Source: Nitrospirota bacterium (GTDB lineage Bacteria > Nitrospirota > UBA9217). From it: a DNA stretch of 64,000 bases. Below, piece by piece: positions 47,136 through 57,059 of this stretch. The first letter of the stretch is position 1, and the number at the start of each line of letters is the position of its first letter. The notes below the pieces were generated by a model. The model saw only the letters and a program-made list of their open reading frames with translations. It did no database searches and was not told the DNA's origin. A program made the translations under genes and the position numbers. Location of the stretch: NCBI GenBank assembly GCA_963751455.1, contig CAVVUN010000002.1:256001-320000 (forward strand), read 5' to 3'.

Positions 47136-48198
47136 ATGATTTACCGTGTGTGCGCTGTTTTAATGCTTGTTCTCATATTAACAGTCGCCGGTCCTGTTTC
47201 CGCCGGCAGCCTCGAGCCTTTCACCGGTATTCCGGCGCCCGAGCAGAACCCGCAGACACCGGAGAAGATCGAGCTCGGCAAAAAGCTCTTTTTCGACAGG
47301 CGGCTTTCAGGCGACGGTACCATGAGCTGCGCCACTTGCCATGACCCCGAGCAGGCATTCACCGATGGACTGGACATTTCGCTCAGCTATCCTACGACGA
47401 GGAACTGGCGCAACTCACCGACACTTCTGAATGTTGCCTACCGGAAGAGCTTGTTTCATGACGGGAGGTCCCAGACCCTCGAGGACCAGGCGCTTTTTCC
47501 CATGATGTCCGCTTTTGAGATGAACAGGAACATCGATTTTGTCGAAGAAATAATCCGCAGTGTCCCCGAGTATGGAGAGGCTTTCAAGAAGGTATTCGGC
47601 GGGGAGCCGAACCGTGACCGGATGGCAATGGCGATCGCAGCCTTCGAGAGGTCGCTCGTGTCCCGCAACACGCCGCTGGACCGTCACCTGCGGGGCGATA
47701 CGAAGGCCCTCTCAAACGACGCCAAGAAGGGGCTTGTGGTATTTATGAAAAAAGGCGCCTGTGCCGAATGTCATTACGGCTTCAGCCTCTCGGACGACAG
47801 GTTTTACTCGCTGAACGTTCCTGAGAACAGCGAGCATCAGAACGATCCTCGCACTGCTGTTACGCGGAGGTTCGTGGCGAAGCTCTATCATTTCGAAGAC
47901 TACCGGACGCTGACCGAAGATCCGGGAAGGTACCTGATAACGAAAGATAAAAAAGACTGGAAAGCCTTCAGAACTCCGTCGCTCCTGGACATTGCTAAAA
48001 CAGGTCCGTATATGCACAACGGAATTTTCCAGACGCTTGAAGAGGTCATCGATTTCTTTAACAAGCGGCGGCGGCAAGGGAAACACCGCGCTCAAGCCGC
48101 TGCGTTTGACTGATAAGGAAAAGAAATATTTGAAGACATTTCTCAGCGAGGCGTTGGCCGGCGAGAGCGCGCCATTTGAATATCCGAAGGTGCCGTAA
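47136..48198 (+). CDS. Di-heme cytochrome c peroxidase/MauG family (frameshift near 48060)
   Basis: CATCH, RNSPTL, CAECH, FRTPSL, PYMHNG. Confidence 0.92.
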
Positions 48199-48348
48199 CA
48201 GAATGGAACCAACCTGCAAGATTTCTCACTTTGTTCGAAATGATTCATATGTAAGAATATCTTCTCCGAGATGTCTCTAATGGTTAAACAGCTTTTTTGT
48301 CCGGGCCAGTTTTTCACGACATATTAAGAAAAGAGAAGGAGTTTGCCG

Positions 48349-49110
48349 ATGAAGGATGTGATTGAAGAGATCATCAGGACTAAGCAGCATCTCGCCGAGC
48401 CTCTCCGGTTCTATGAAAAGGCGTCGCGGTTCTTCGAGGCTGTCGGCAAAATGCCGCTCACCGGCTCTCTTGCCAAAAATGCCTATGAGCCGAAAATGCT
48501 GAATGAAATATTCGACCGATTTGCGGCATTCCTTGCGCTGCCCGAAGGAACGCTCAGTCCCTTACAGCATGCGATGGAACTGGAAGAAATAGATTTTACC
48601 CGGCTTCCTCTCGGCGAGGCGCCGGCCTTCTCTCTCCCTTATCCCGAGGACGATCTCGTTATGATGCTTTTTTTGATCAGCAAACCGTATTTTTTTTCAA
48701 TCGGCAAAGCGAGAGATTTCAACGGAAGAACGTGGGAAGAAGGGAAGTGTCCGGTCTGCCAGGGCAGGCCGGCTGTTTCATGGATCGGCGAAGACGGCCG
48801 CAGGCAGGTATCCTGTTCCTATTGCGGTACAACAGGGTTCGTGCTCCGGTCGGGCTGCCCGCTCTGCCAGCGTATTGACAGCGAGAAACAGAAGATACTT
48901 ATTTTTGAAAGCGAGAGCGACTTCATGATCAACACCTGCGATCTCTGCAGTTCCTATTTCAAAACAGTCGATGCGGGCGTTATTTCACGTTACAGCATTG
49001 AGCTGGCAGACATGATGAGCCTGCCGCTTGATATAGTGGTCCAGGAAAAAGGGCATTCCCGCCGTTCGCCCAACCCGATCGGCATGCGGAAAATGACCTC
49101 ACGGGGCTGA
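48349..49110 (+). CDS. fdhE: FdhE-like formate dehydrogenase accessory protein
   Basis: CPVC, CSYC, CPLC, CDLCxxYxK. Confidence 0.8.
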   Translation: MKDVIEEIIRTKQHLAEPLRFYEKASRFFEAVGKMPLTGSLAKNAYEPKMLNEIFDRFAAFLALPEGTLSPLQHAMELEEIDFTRLPLGEAPAFSLPYPEDDLVMMLFLISKPYFFSIGKARDFNGRTWEEGKCPVCQGRPAVSWIGEDGRRQVSCSYCGTTGFVLRSGCPLCQRIDSEKQKILIFESESDFMINTCDLCSSYFKTVDAGVISRYSIELADMMSLPLDIVVQEKGHSRRSPNPIGMRKMTSRG

Positions 49111-49116
49111 TTATCC

Positions 49117-49353
49117 ATGATGAATAAGATTGAAAAAATGTCGGCTGCCGAGCTTCGGAAGGAACTCGAACGGCTCCGGGCAAGTCTGTGCGACCTGCAG
49201 GAAATGCATGATTACACCTTTGGAAAAACGAACGCACATATCGGGGCCGAGATGGCGAACAACATGCAAGCGGAATATGAGGAGGAATGCAGTGAACATG
49301 AAAAAAAGATGGCCGTGATTGAGCAATTGTTAAAAGACGGGGAGTCGGAATAG
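49117..49353 (+). CDS. Small coiled-coil hypothetical protein
   Basis: 78-aa ORF 6 bp after fdhE. Confidence 0.7.
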   Translation: MMNKIEKMSAAELRKELERLRASLCDLQEMHDYTFGKTNAHIGAEMANNMQAEYEEECSEHEKKMAVIEQLLKDGESE

Positions 49354-49481
49354 GTGGGGAACGAAATAGTTTTCTTTAGGCTATGTATAATCCTAGAAAC
49401 AGCAGTTGGACACGGATAACGGCGGAAAAGGCGGATAAAATATTAAAAATTCAAGCATGAGCCATTCACCAAATGGATAAA

Positions 49482-49645
49482 CCTGAAAAAAGCAGTTGGA
49501 CACGGATAAAATCTGATCAACACGGATTTATAGGAAGTTACGAACAGTAATGGATTCACCCAAAAGGCGAGATGGCTTTTTGCTCTATCACATTGTTTTG
49601 ATCCGCTGTTTCCGTGTTCATCCGTGTTCAAATGCCGTTTTTAGG
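49482..49645 (+). mobile_element. 164-bp MITE copy 4, TSD ATAAA
   Basis: Identical to copy 2. Confidence 0.93.
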
Positions 49646-49673
49646 ATAAATCTTTTTCATAATGAGAAGTTGA

Positions 49674-51191
49674 CCTTGTAGTTGCATAAACATTTCTTGA
49701 AAATATGCAGAAACCTCTGGAAACAGGCTTCATTATTGGATATAGTGCTCCTGCGATATCATTATTTCACTCAAGCAGGAGGCCACTGAAAGTGAAGTCC
49801 AGTAAAGCACAGGTTCTAAGCCGCGTTCACAAAATACCGGAACTGAAGTTCGAGGATCAACAGCTCACTTCCTACGCGGGCCTTGCTATCATTCAGGCAT
49901 TCTTCACGAAGCTGAATCTGAAAGCCCGCTTGAAAAGCTGCTTTGATCATCTACCGTCGAGCGCCATCTTCGGCAATCACGTCATTACGCTCGTGCTGAT
50001 CGTGCATCTGATGCTGGGTTATCGGAAACTCCGCGACATCGAATACTATCAGGACGACCTTATGGCGCTTCGTCTTCTGGGCCTCCGAAAAATGCCGGAC
50101 GTTTCCACGATCAGCCGGGCATTGATGACGGTCGACGCAAAGGACATTTTGAATCTTCGTCGGTTCTGCCGGGAAATGTCGCTCTCCCGCATACAGGGTT
50201 TGAAGCTTCGTCGCGTGACGCTTGATTTCGACGGCTCTGTGCTCTCGACCTCCCGATGGGCTGAGGGTGCCGCCGTAGGCTTCAACAAAAAGAAAAAAGG
50301 GCAGAGAAGCTATTATCCGCTTTTCTGCATGATCGCTCAGTTGGGCATGGTCCTTGACGTCCTGCCCCGTTCGGGTAACGTACATGATTCCAACGGCGCC
50401 CGGGCGTTCATCCTTGCGTGCATCGAACAGGTGCGTGCAACCTGTTCGGATATCGTCATCGAAGTGCGCATGGACAGCGCTTTCTTCAGCGATGAAATCG
50501 TCGGCGCGCTGGAGCGCGACGGAATTGAGTTCACCATCTCGGTCCCCTTTGAGCGGTTCTCCGAACTCAAACACATGATCGAAGCCAAAAAACGCTGGAG
50601 GCGTTACGATTCCGTTGTTTCCTATTTCGACACACCCTGGAAGCCGAAAAGCTGGGACAGCCGGTTCCGCTTTCTTTTTATTCGTCAAAAAGCCAAAAAG
50701 CAGTCAAAAGAGCCGGTGCAGCTTGATATGTTCACGCCGCACGAATACGGGTTTGACTTCAAGGTGATCGTTACAAACAAAACAACGACGGTGAAGAAAG
50801 TCCTGAACTTCCATCAGGGCCGCGGTTCTCAGGAAAACATCCTTGGAGAGCTAAAGTCCCAGTGCAATATGGATTACGTGGCTGTGAGAAGATTGCACGG
50901 AAATCAGCTATACATGATGTCGGCGATCATCTCGCACAATCTCCTGAAGGAACTTCACATGGTCGCGCATGAACCCGACCGGGGCACCACCGAAAAACGG
51001 GCCGCTCTTTGGGAGTTCACGGAGCCCAATACCCTGCGAAGAACACTTATACAGCGTGCCGGCCGCCTGACACAGCCCGGCGGCAAGCTAACTCTGACAA
51101 TGAACGCCAATCCACGAGTCAAAAAGGGGTTGTTGCATTATCTCGACCGATTGCAACGGGCCGCATAGCGATTTTTTATGCAACGTTAAGG
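49674..51191 (+). mobile_element. IS1380-family insertion sequence (1518 bp), TSD TTGA
   Basis: IRL CCTTGTAGTTGCATAAA, IRR reverse complement CCTTAACGTTGCATAAA. Confidence 0.9.
49792..51168 (+). CDS. IS1380-family DDE transposase
   Basis: LTSYAGL, TLDFDGS, SYYPL, VRMDSAF, RGSQENILGELK; frame open from 49705. Confidence 0.9.
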   Translation: MKSSKAQVLSRVHKIPELKFEDQQLTSYAGLAIIQAFFTKLNLKARLKSCFDHLPSSAIFGNHVITLVLIVHLMLGYRKLRDIEYYQDDLMALRLLGLRKMPDVSTISRALMTVDAKDILNLRRFCREMSLSRIQGLKLRRVTLDFDGSVLSTSRWAEGAAVGFNKKKKGQRSYYPLFCMIAQLGMVLDVLPRSGNVHDSNGARAFILACIEQVRATCSDIVIEVRMDSAFFSDEIVGALERDGIEFTISVPFERFSELKHMIEAKKRWRRYDSVVSYFDTPWKPKSWDSRFRFLFIRQKAKKQSKEPVQLDMFTPHEYGFDFKVIVTNKTTTVKKVLNFHQGRGSQENILGELKSQCNMDYVAVRRLHGNQLYMMSAIISHNLLKELHMVAHEPDRGTTEKRAALWEFTEPNTLRRTLIQRAGRLTQPGGKLTLTMNANPRVKKGLLHYLDRLQRAA

Positions 51192-51252
51192 TTGATTCTT
51201 CTTCCGCTTTTATCCGTTGTTACCGGTTTTCCCGTGTCCCGAACCGCCGTTT

Positions 51253-51921
51253 TCAGGATAATCCGTATACAACAATAAACACCAGCGCCGGGAGCATATC
51301 GACCGTCTTGATCTTCTTGAGCTCAAGCAGGTTGAAACCGATGGCCAGAACTATAATGCCGCCCACTCCGTCGATGTTGTTCATCATTCCCTGCGGCGTA
51401 AGAAACATAAGGTACGACGAGAAGACGGTAAGACTGCCCTGCACCGCGAAGACGGTGACGGCCGAAAAGATAACGGATTTACCATACCGGGCGGCGAGGA
51501 GAAAAGAGGCGAAACAGTCCATGACCGATTTTGTCTTGATCAGAGCGTCGTCATTGTACAGGCCGTCTTTGAGCGAACCAATCAGGGTCATGGAGCCTAC
51601 GCAGAAAAGCGCGCTCGCAATCAAAAAACCCTCCGTATCGAATTGTCCTGAAAACCAGGAATGATTCAACGCTTTCAGCCCGTTGTTCAGGCGGTCCTCG
51701 ATCCGGAGAACGCTTCCGAAACACATGCCGAGAACCAGGCAGAAGACGATGGGTATAACGTCATTCCCGTTCATACTCATCCTGAACCCGATAAAGGCGG
51801 TCACAAGACCCAGCACGGCGAATACGCCGGATTTGACGTTTTCCCGCACTGTGTTGCCGGCGATCAGGCCGGCAGCGCTGCCGGCAGCGACCAATAGACT
51901 ATTGAAGAGGTATCCTTTCAT
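51253..51921 (-). CDS. DUF554 membrane protein
   Basis: LFCVGSM, GSLKDGL, KSVMD, QG motifs. Confidence 0.87.
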   Translation of the reverse strand: MKGYLFNSLLVAAGSAAGLIAGNTVRENVKSGVFAVLGLVTAFIGFRMSMNGNDVIPIVFCLVLGMCFGSVLRIEDRLNNGLKALNHSWFSGQFDTEGFLIASALFCVGSMTLIGSLKDGLYNDDALIKTKSVMDCFASFLLAARYGKSVIFSAVTVFAVQGSLTVFSSYLMFLTPQGMMNNIDGVGGIIVLAIGFNLLELKKIKTVDMLPALVFIVVYGLS

Positions 51922-52077
51922 GATGCGATATTATAATGATTTTCCTATTGGTTGGGAAACACTATTTGCTACAGCTCCGCCTGTACTGAACTTCACTTTT
52001 TTTAATTGAGTAATTCTCGCACTTATGTTATTGTATGGCCCTGGCATTTCATTATTTCAACCCAAGGAGGGAATAGG

Positions 52078-52359
52078 ATGAAAAAGACAGCAGCAGTAGT
52101 GGCAGCAGTAGTTCTGGTTGTAGCGCTCGTGTCTCTTGCATTTGCTGCAGAGACGAAAAAGGGCACCATCAAGTCAGTAGATGCAAAGGCCGGCACCGTA
52201 GAGTTAACGGCAGATGGAAGCGATGTAACGTTGAAGGCAGACAAGTCAGTGGATCTCGGCAAGTTGAAGGCCGGTGACAAGGTAGAAGCATCGATCGAAA
52301 AAGACGTTCTTATGAGTGTGAAGCCGGCAAAAAAGCCCAGGGCTTCAGTCGGCTGCTAA
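52078..52359 (+). CDS. Small exported OB-fold-like protein ending in SVGC (ExtJ-like)
   Basis: Signal peptide AFA, GTIKSVD, LKAGDKV, C-terminal GC. Confidence 0.7.
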   Translation: MKKTAAVVAAVVLVVALVSLAFAAETKKGTIKSVDAKAGTVELTADGSDVTLKADKSVDLGKLKAGDKVEASIEKDVLMSVKPAKKPRASVGC

Positions 52360-52373
52360 TGTTCTTATCCGCC

Positions 52374-52411
52374 AGGGAGTCACTGTAACGGTGACTCCCT
52401 TTTTCTTTTTT
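52374..52411 (+). terminator. Intrinsic terminator
   Basis: AGGGAGTCAC-TGTAACG-GTGACTCCCT plus T-run. Confidence 0.85.
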
Positions 52412-52544
52412 CAGTTCCGCTTAATATTCCGTCGTTCCTTACGTTCTTCGCTTGAAATTCTTGTATGCTGTCATTAATCCATTGCTGCTGAAACACACAG
52501 GGGGCATCGGCTGCCCTCTTTACCCGGACCGTATATAATATTTC

Positions 52545-52573
52545 TTGATTTCATTATGGGTTTTGTCTATTAT
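52545..52573 (+). promoter_or_regulatory. sigma70 promoter
   Basis: TTGATT-17 bp-TATTAT. Confidence 0.65.
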
Positions 52574-52595
52574 GTCACTTCCGGAACAAACAATT

Positions 52596-52828
52596 GACTC
52601 CGTTGTTGTACCCTCTCGCTGATAGACGCGTGAGGGGAATCAAGGACAATCAAGGTGAAGCATAGACCCGTTATCGTACCATCTCCTTGAGGAACAGGAG
52701 AAAAGCTCAGACCCGTTGTTGTACCCTCCCGCTGACAAACGCGTGAGGGGAATCAAGGACAGTCAAGGTGAAGCATAGACTCGTTATCGTACCATCTCCT
52801 TGAGGAACAGGAGATGGGATTCAGGGAC
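52596..52828 (+). ncRNA. Candidate tandem structured RNA leader (4 related hairpin units)
   Basis: Units at 52596, 52665, 52710 and 52778 share GACY(C)CGTTRTYGTACC plus a stem-loop; three end in GGGAWTCARGGAC. Confidence 0.6.
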
Positions 52829-52841
52829 AGGAGGAACTACA

Positions 52842-53063
52842 GTGATCAAAGTGAACCAGGAAGAGCTCCAGGAAAAGATTAAAAAATTAAAACAGACAGC
52901 ATCGGTGAAAACCTCCGAGGCAAAAGGGAAGTCTGACCCGGCAGTGCGCAAGGCGCGCAAAGAAGTAAAGCGGGCCCAGCGAAAGCTGCGCGCAGCCAAG
53001 GCATATAAATCGGCCGGGAAGAAAGCGGAAGAAGCGAAGCCCGCGGAAAAGGCAACTGCTTAA
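52842..53063 (+). CDS. Small very basic Lys/Ala-rich protein
   Basis: AGGAGG RBS, GTG start, RKARKEVKRAQRKLRAAK. Confidence 0.8.
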   Translation: MIKVNQEELQEKIKKLKQTASVKTSEAKGKSDPAVRKARKEVKRAQRKLRAAKAYKSAGKKAEEAKPAEKATA

Positions 53064-53067
53064 GGGG

Positions 53068-53784
53068 GTGCCGATGCAGCGCACCCATTTGAACAGATTC
53101 ATCCAGCCGTTCCTGATTACTATCGTACTGCTCTGCTCCTGCGCAGAGCGGGCAATCCCCCAGGAACCCGTTCCAGGGCCTCTTGTCCCTGCTCCTGTCT
53201 CGCAGCCTGCTCAATCATCTACAGCGGCGCCGCCTGCCGTTCGTCAAACGTACCGTGAAACAGGAACAGCAGGCTGGTACGGCAGGGAATTCCACGGCAG
53301 AAAAACGGAAAGCGGAGAAACGTTCGACATGAATGCGCTGTCCGCTGCTCACCGGACATTGCCGCTCGGCACGATTATCCGGGTGACCAGCCTGGAGAAC
53401 TTTAAAAGCATCAAGGTAAAGGTAAACGACAGTGGACCCTTCGTAAAAGACCTCATCCTTGAATTGTCCTTTGGCGCTGCCCGCGAACTTGGCTTTGCCG
53501 ATCAGGGAACCGCAAGGGTCAAGATCGAGGCCCTGGAGCATGTTCGGGAGAGTCCGCTGTATACGGTCCAGGCGGCTGTGTTTGCCGAGGAAGAGAACGC
53601 AAAACTCCTCAAGGAGCGGCTGTCGAGGAAGTTTGAAGTCATCACCATTGTGCCCTTTGTATCAAATCTGGGGAAATTTTATCGGGTCCGCGTCGGCTCG
53701 TATAGCGCCGAAGAGAAGGCCGAGTTGATTGCCGGGAAGCTGACTCTCGAAGGGTTGGAGCCGTTCGTGGTGAGGAAAGACTGA
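53068..53784 (+). CDS. rlpA: RlpA-family lytic transglycosylase lipoprotein with SPOR domain
   Basis: GWYGREFHG, SAAHRTLPLGT, C-terminal SPOR. Confidence 0.9.
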   Translation: MPMQRTHLNRFIQPFLITIVLLCSCAERAIPQEPVPGPLVPAPVSQPAQSSTAAPPAVRQTYRETGTAGWYGREFHGRKTESGETFDMNALSAAHRTLPLGTIIRVTSLENFKSIKVKVNDSGPFVKDLILELSFGAARELGFADQGTARVKIEALEHVRESPLYTVQAAVFAEEENAKLLKERLSRKFEVITIVPFVSNLGKFYRVRVGSYSAEEKAELIAGKLTLEGLEPFVVRKD

Positions 53785-53863
53785 GACCATTACCCCTATT
53801 GTAAATTGCAAAATGCAAATTGCAAAATAGAATAGTTCATAAAGTATGGGCAGGTAACCAGCT

Positions 53864-55364
53864 ATGAATATCAAGGTTAAAGCGGACAGAATAGAAAAGA
53901 TCAAGACCGGGGGAGCCGTAATTTTCCTCTTTGAGGACGAGAAACCCGGGCCGGCAGTAGAGCGTGTCGACCGTCTGCTCGGCGGCACCATAGCGCGCCT
54001 GCTCAAAGAGGGGGATTTCAAACCGAAGCCGGGAGCGCTCCATTTTTTTTATTCCGAAGGCAGGATCGCAGCGGAACGTGTTGCGCTTGCCGGGCTCGGC
54101 AAGCGAACCGATTTAACCCTGAACCGGCTTCGTCACGCGGCAGGCAAAGCCGCAAACACGCTGCGGGCATACGGAGCAGCCGATGTAGCAATCGGGTCGG
54201 ACGGGATCGGCCCGGACGCGGAAGAAACGGCACAGGCCTTGGTTGAAGGCAGTGTGCTCGGACTCTACCGTTTTGTCAAATACAAGACCAAAGAAGAAAA
54301 CAGTTTAAAAAAGGACATCACGTCCATAATGCTCGTAACGGAAAAAGCGTCGAACCTCAAAGATATGCAGAAGGGGGCCAAGATCGGCAGCAGTGATCGC
54401 GGAATCCGCATCCATGGCCCGCGATATGGTAAATTCTCCCCCGTCCGATATGACCCCGACGATTATCGCGGAAAAGGGGCGTGAGATTGCTAAGGAATTC
54501 GGCCTCAAGTTCAAGGTGCTGGAACGCACTCAGATGGAGAAATTGGGAATGGGCGCCCTTCTCGGCGTGGCAGCGGGCAGCGCACAGCCGCCGAAATTTA
54601 TTATCGTCGAATACTTCCGCGGCGGGAAAAAACCGTTTATAGCGCTGGTCGGAAAGACCATTACGTTCGATTCCGGCGGGATTTCCATCAAGCCTGCGGA
54701 GAACATGGACAAGATGAAGGATGACATGTCCGGAGGCGCTGCCGTGCTCGGGGCGATCCGGACTGCTGCAGCGCTCAAACTTCCGCTCAACATCGTCGGC
54801 CTTCTGCCCGCTTCCGAGAACATGCCGGGCGGCCGGGCATATAAACCAGGAGACGTGCTGAGTACCCTGTCGGGGCAAACCATCGAGATCATGAATACGG
54901 ACGCTGAGGGCAGGCTGGTCCTGTCCGATGCGCTTTCCTATGCGTGCCGGTACAAGCCGGCTGTGATCGTCGACATCGCGACTCTTACAGGGGCCTGCCG
55001 GATAGCGCTCGGACAGGAAGCAACGGGCATGATCGGCACAGATGAAAACGTTAAGCAGCAGATACGCCAGGCGGGCGAGAAGACCGGCGAACGTGTCTGG
55101 GAGATGCCGCTCTGGGAAGGGTATTACGACCTTATCAAGAGCGACATCGCGGACATGAAGAACACCGGAGGAAGAGACGGCGGTGTGATCACCGCAGCCG
55201 CGCTTCTTTCCAAATTCGTTCAGAATTACCCATGGGCACATCTCGATATCGCGGCCACGGCCTGGACCGATAAGGATCGGCCCTATACGCCGAAAGGCGC
55301 CACAGGGATCGGCGTGAGATTGCTGACGCAATTTCTTCGGGATTACGCGGGCAACGCCGCTTAA
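53864..55364 (+). CDS. pepA: Leucyl aminopeptidase (frameshift near 54390)
   Basis: GKTITFDSGG, MKDDMSG, NTDAEGRL, HLDIA. Confidence 0.93.
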
Positions 55365-55482
55365 AGACTGCTTTCGGTTGCCCGTTTTTCCCGCTGCTAT
55401 CCGCGAAACAATGGCTTCTGTTTGATACGCCGGTCCGCGCTGTTTACCTTCAATCGGAGCTTGTCTTTCAACAATCGCTAAA

Positions 55483-55675
55483 CCGGAAAGAGCATTTGGA
55501 CGCGGAAAAATCGGATGACATCGGATTAAGATAATAAAAATCATCTTCTAAAAAAACCATCACCCGTTTGTTGTTTTTCGTTTCGATCCAAGTCTTCGAT
55601 TTAATCCGCCGTTTCTGCGTTTATCGTTCGACTGAGCTCACGCCGAAGTCTGCGTCCAACTGCCGTTTTCTTAGG
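55483..55675. mobile_element. Divergent CC-ended MITE, TSD CTAAA
   Basis: CTAAA|CCGGAAAGAGCATTTGGACGCGG ... CTGCGTCCAACTGCCGTTTTCTTAGG|CTAAA. Confidence 0.78.
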
Positions 55676-56063
55676 CTAAACCGTCTTTTCCATCCACACA
55701 AAAAGGCCGCGCATATCTTCCGGTATCTGGTCCAAGCGTATCCAGAAGCTCTTTCGATGGAATGAATTTCGCGAGAACGGAAAGCACGGCGCGGACATGA
55801 ATCGCCGCCGTTGTCGAATCTATCTCCTCCTTCTCGGCTACTTTGTCGACAAATCCCGTTATCCCGAAGGATGCCGGCCATGCGAATTGTCTGAGATAAC
55901 CCCGCATTTCAATCGGGAGAGTCGCTGCAAGAGAATCGGCCTGTTGCCGCTTGATCCGCTGAGACAGAACTCCCAAGACGGCAGAGATCGCCCGAATAGC
56001 GTCATCATTAGTGGGAAGCCCGGCACGTTCCTTGACCAATGCTATATAGTGCCCGTAAAACAT
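55676..56063 (-). CDS. DUF2267-like protein (frameshift near 55735)
   Basis: AVLGVLSQRI, LAATLP, HVRAVLSVL; GAGGAG RBS. Confidence 0.75.
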
Positions 56064-56360
56064 TTCTCCTCCTCTTTTGCTTCGACGCAACGAGAAAGCA
56101 AGGGGCCGCTCGAATTCCGGGAGCCTCGATAATTCGAATATAGCAATGTGGAGCTTATTGGTCAAAAAAATATTCCTTCATTTGGAACTTTTGTTCGATC
56201 CAAATCAAAATGGACTTTTAAGCCAAAGTAAATCCATCAATAATGCCCCGCATTCGGCACGCTGTCAGCATGTCTCGAATAAAATCCTTGACTCTTACGG
56301 TCCCTGCTTCTAAAATGGTGAAACTTTTCCGCGTTGGAGGGCGTTTACTCTCGATAGTGT

Positions 56361-56984
56361 ATGCACGCTGATCTGTCATATGATGAGGCTGCTTCTCATC
56401 TGGAAAAAGTACTGATAAAAGGAAAAGCAATGAAGGCGGACGTGTTCATCGCTTCATCGCGGGGACAGCGTTTCGTCGTAAAGGATTTCGGGAAAAAAGG
56501 TTTTTTCGAGCGGAACGTCGTCGGCCGCACGATTGTCAATCGCGAACTGCGCGCCTACCGCGCTCTTTCCGGCATTGACGGCCTGCCGTCCCGTTTCAAG
56601 CGGTTGAACCCGTTTTCGATCGCGATAGAATACCTGGACGGCAGGAACCTTGGCGAGGTTCAGCCGGGCGAGATAGGGCCAGGTCTGGTCCGGCAATTCG
56701 AGGATGTCGTGGAAGAACTGCATGAACGCGGCTGGGTGCATCTTGACCTCCAGCGCCGTTCGAATGTGCTGCTTGTCAAAGGAAAACTTTTCGTAATAGA
56801 CCTTGCCTCGGCCTTTCATCCGGGCGGCATACCCTTGATCGGCCAGTGGCTGACCCGGCTTCTGGGTCTCGCCGACCGCATGTCTCTCATTAAAATGAAA
56901 AGTATTTACGCGCCGGAACTTATGACGGCGACTGAACGGAAATGGCGCACACTCCGGAATATGGTGTTTCCCCGGAAGTGGTAG
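56361..56984 (+). CDS. Protein-kinase-like (RIO/Kdo kinase-like) protein
   Basis: VVKD, RE, LHERGWVHLDL, N, IDLA. Confidence 0.8.
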   Translation: MHADLSYDEAASHLEKVLIKGKAMKADVFIASSRGQRFVVKDFGKKGFFERNVVGRTIVNRELRAYRALSGIDGLPSRFKRLNPFSIAIEYLDGRNLGEVQPGEIGPGLVRQFEDVVEELHERGWVHLDLQRRSNVLLVKGKLFVIDLASAFHPGGIPLIGQWLTRLLGLADRMSLIKMKSIYAPELMTATERKWRTLRNMVFPRKW

Positions 56985-57059
56985 CATGAATGCGGAATGC
57001 GGATTTAATGATCAAGTCAATACCCCTCAGGTGCGTAACGGGATGGACAGAAAAAGGAG

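Larger units (their letters stand above)
49392..51257. mobile_element. Outer CC-ended MITE (TSD ATAAT) hosting MITE copy 4 and an IS1380 element
   Basis: ATAAT|CCTAGAAACAGCAGTTGGACACGG ... CCGTGTCCCGAACCGCCGTTTTCAGG|ATAAT. Confidence 0.82.

Noticed and set aside
52596-52828. Tandem units as a mini-CRISPR array or assembly duplication
   Set aside because: No similarity to the I-E repeat, the inner segments are self-complementary and duplicated rather than unique, and the copies differ at several positions
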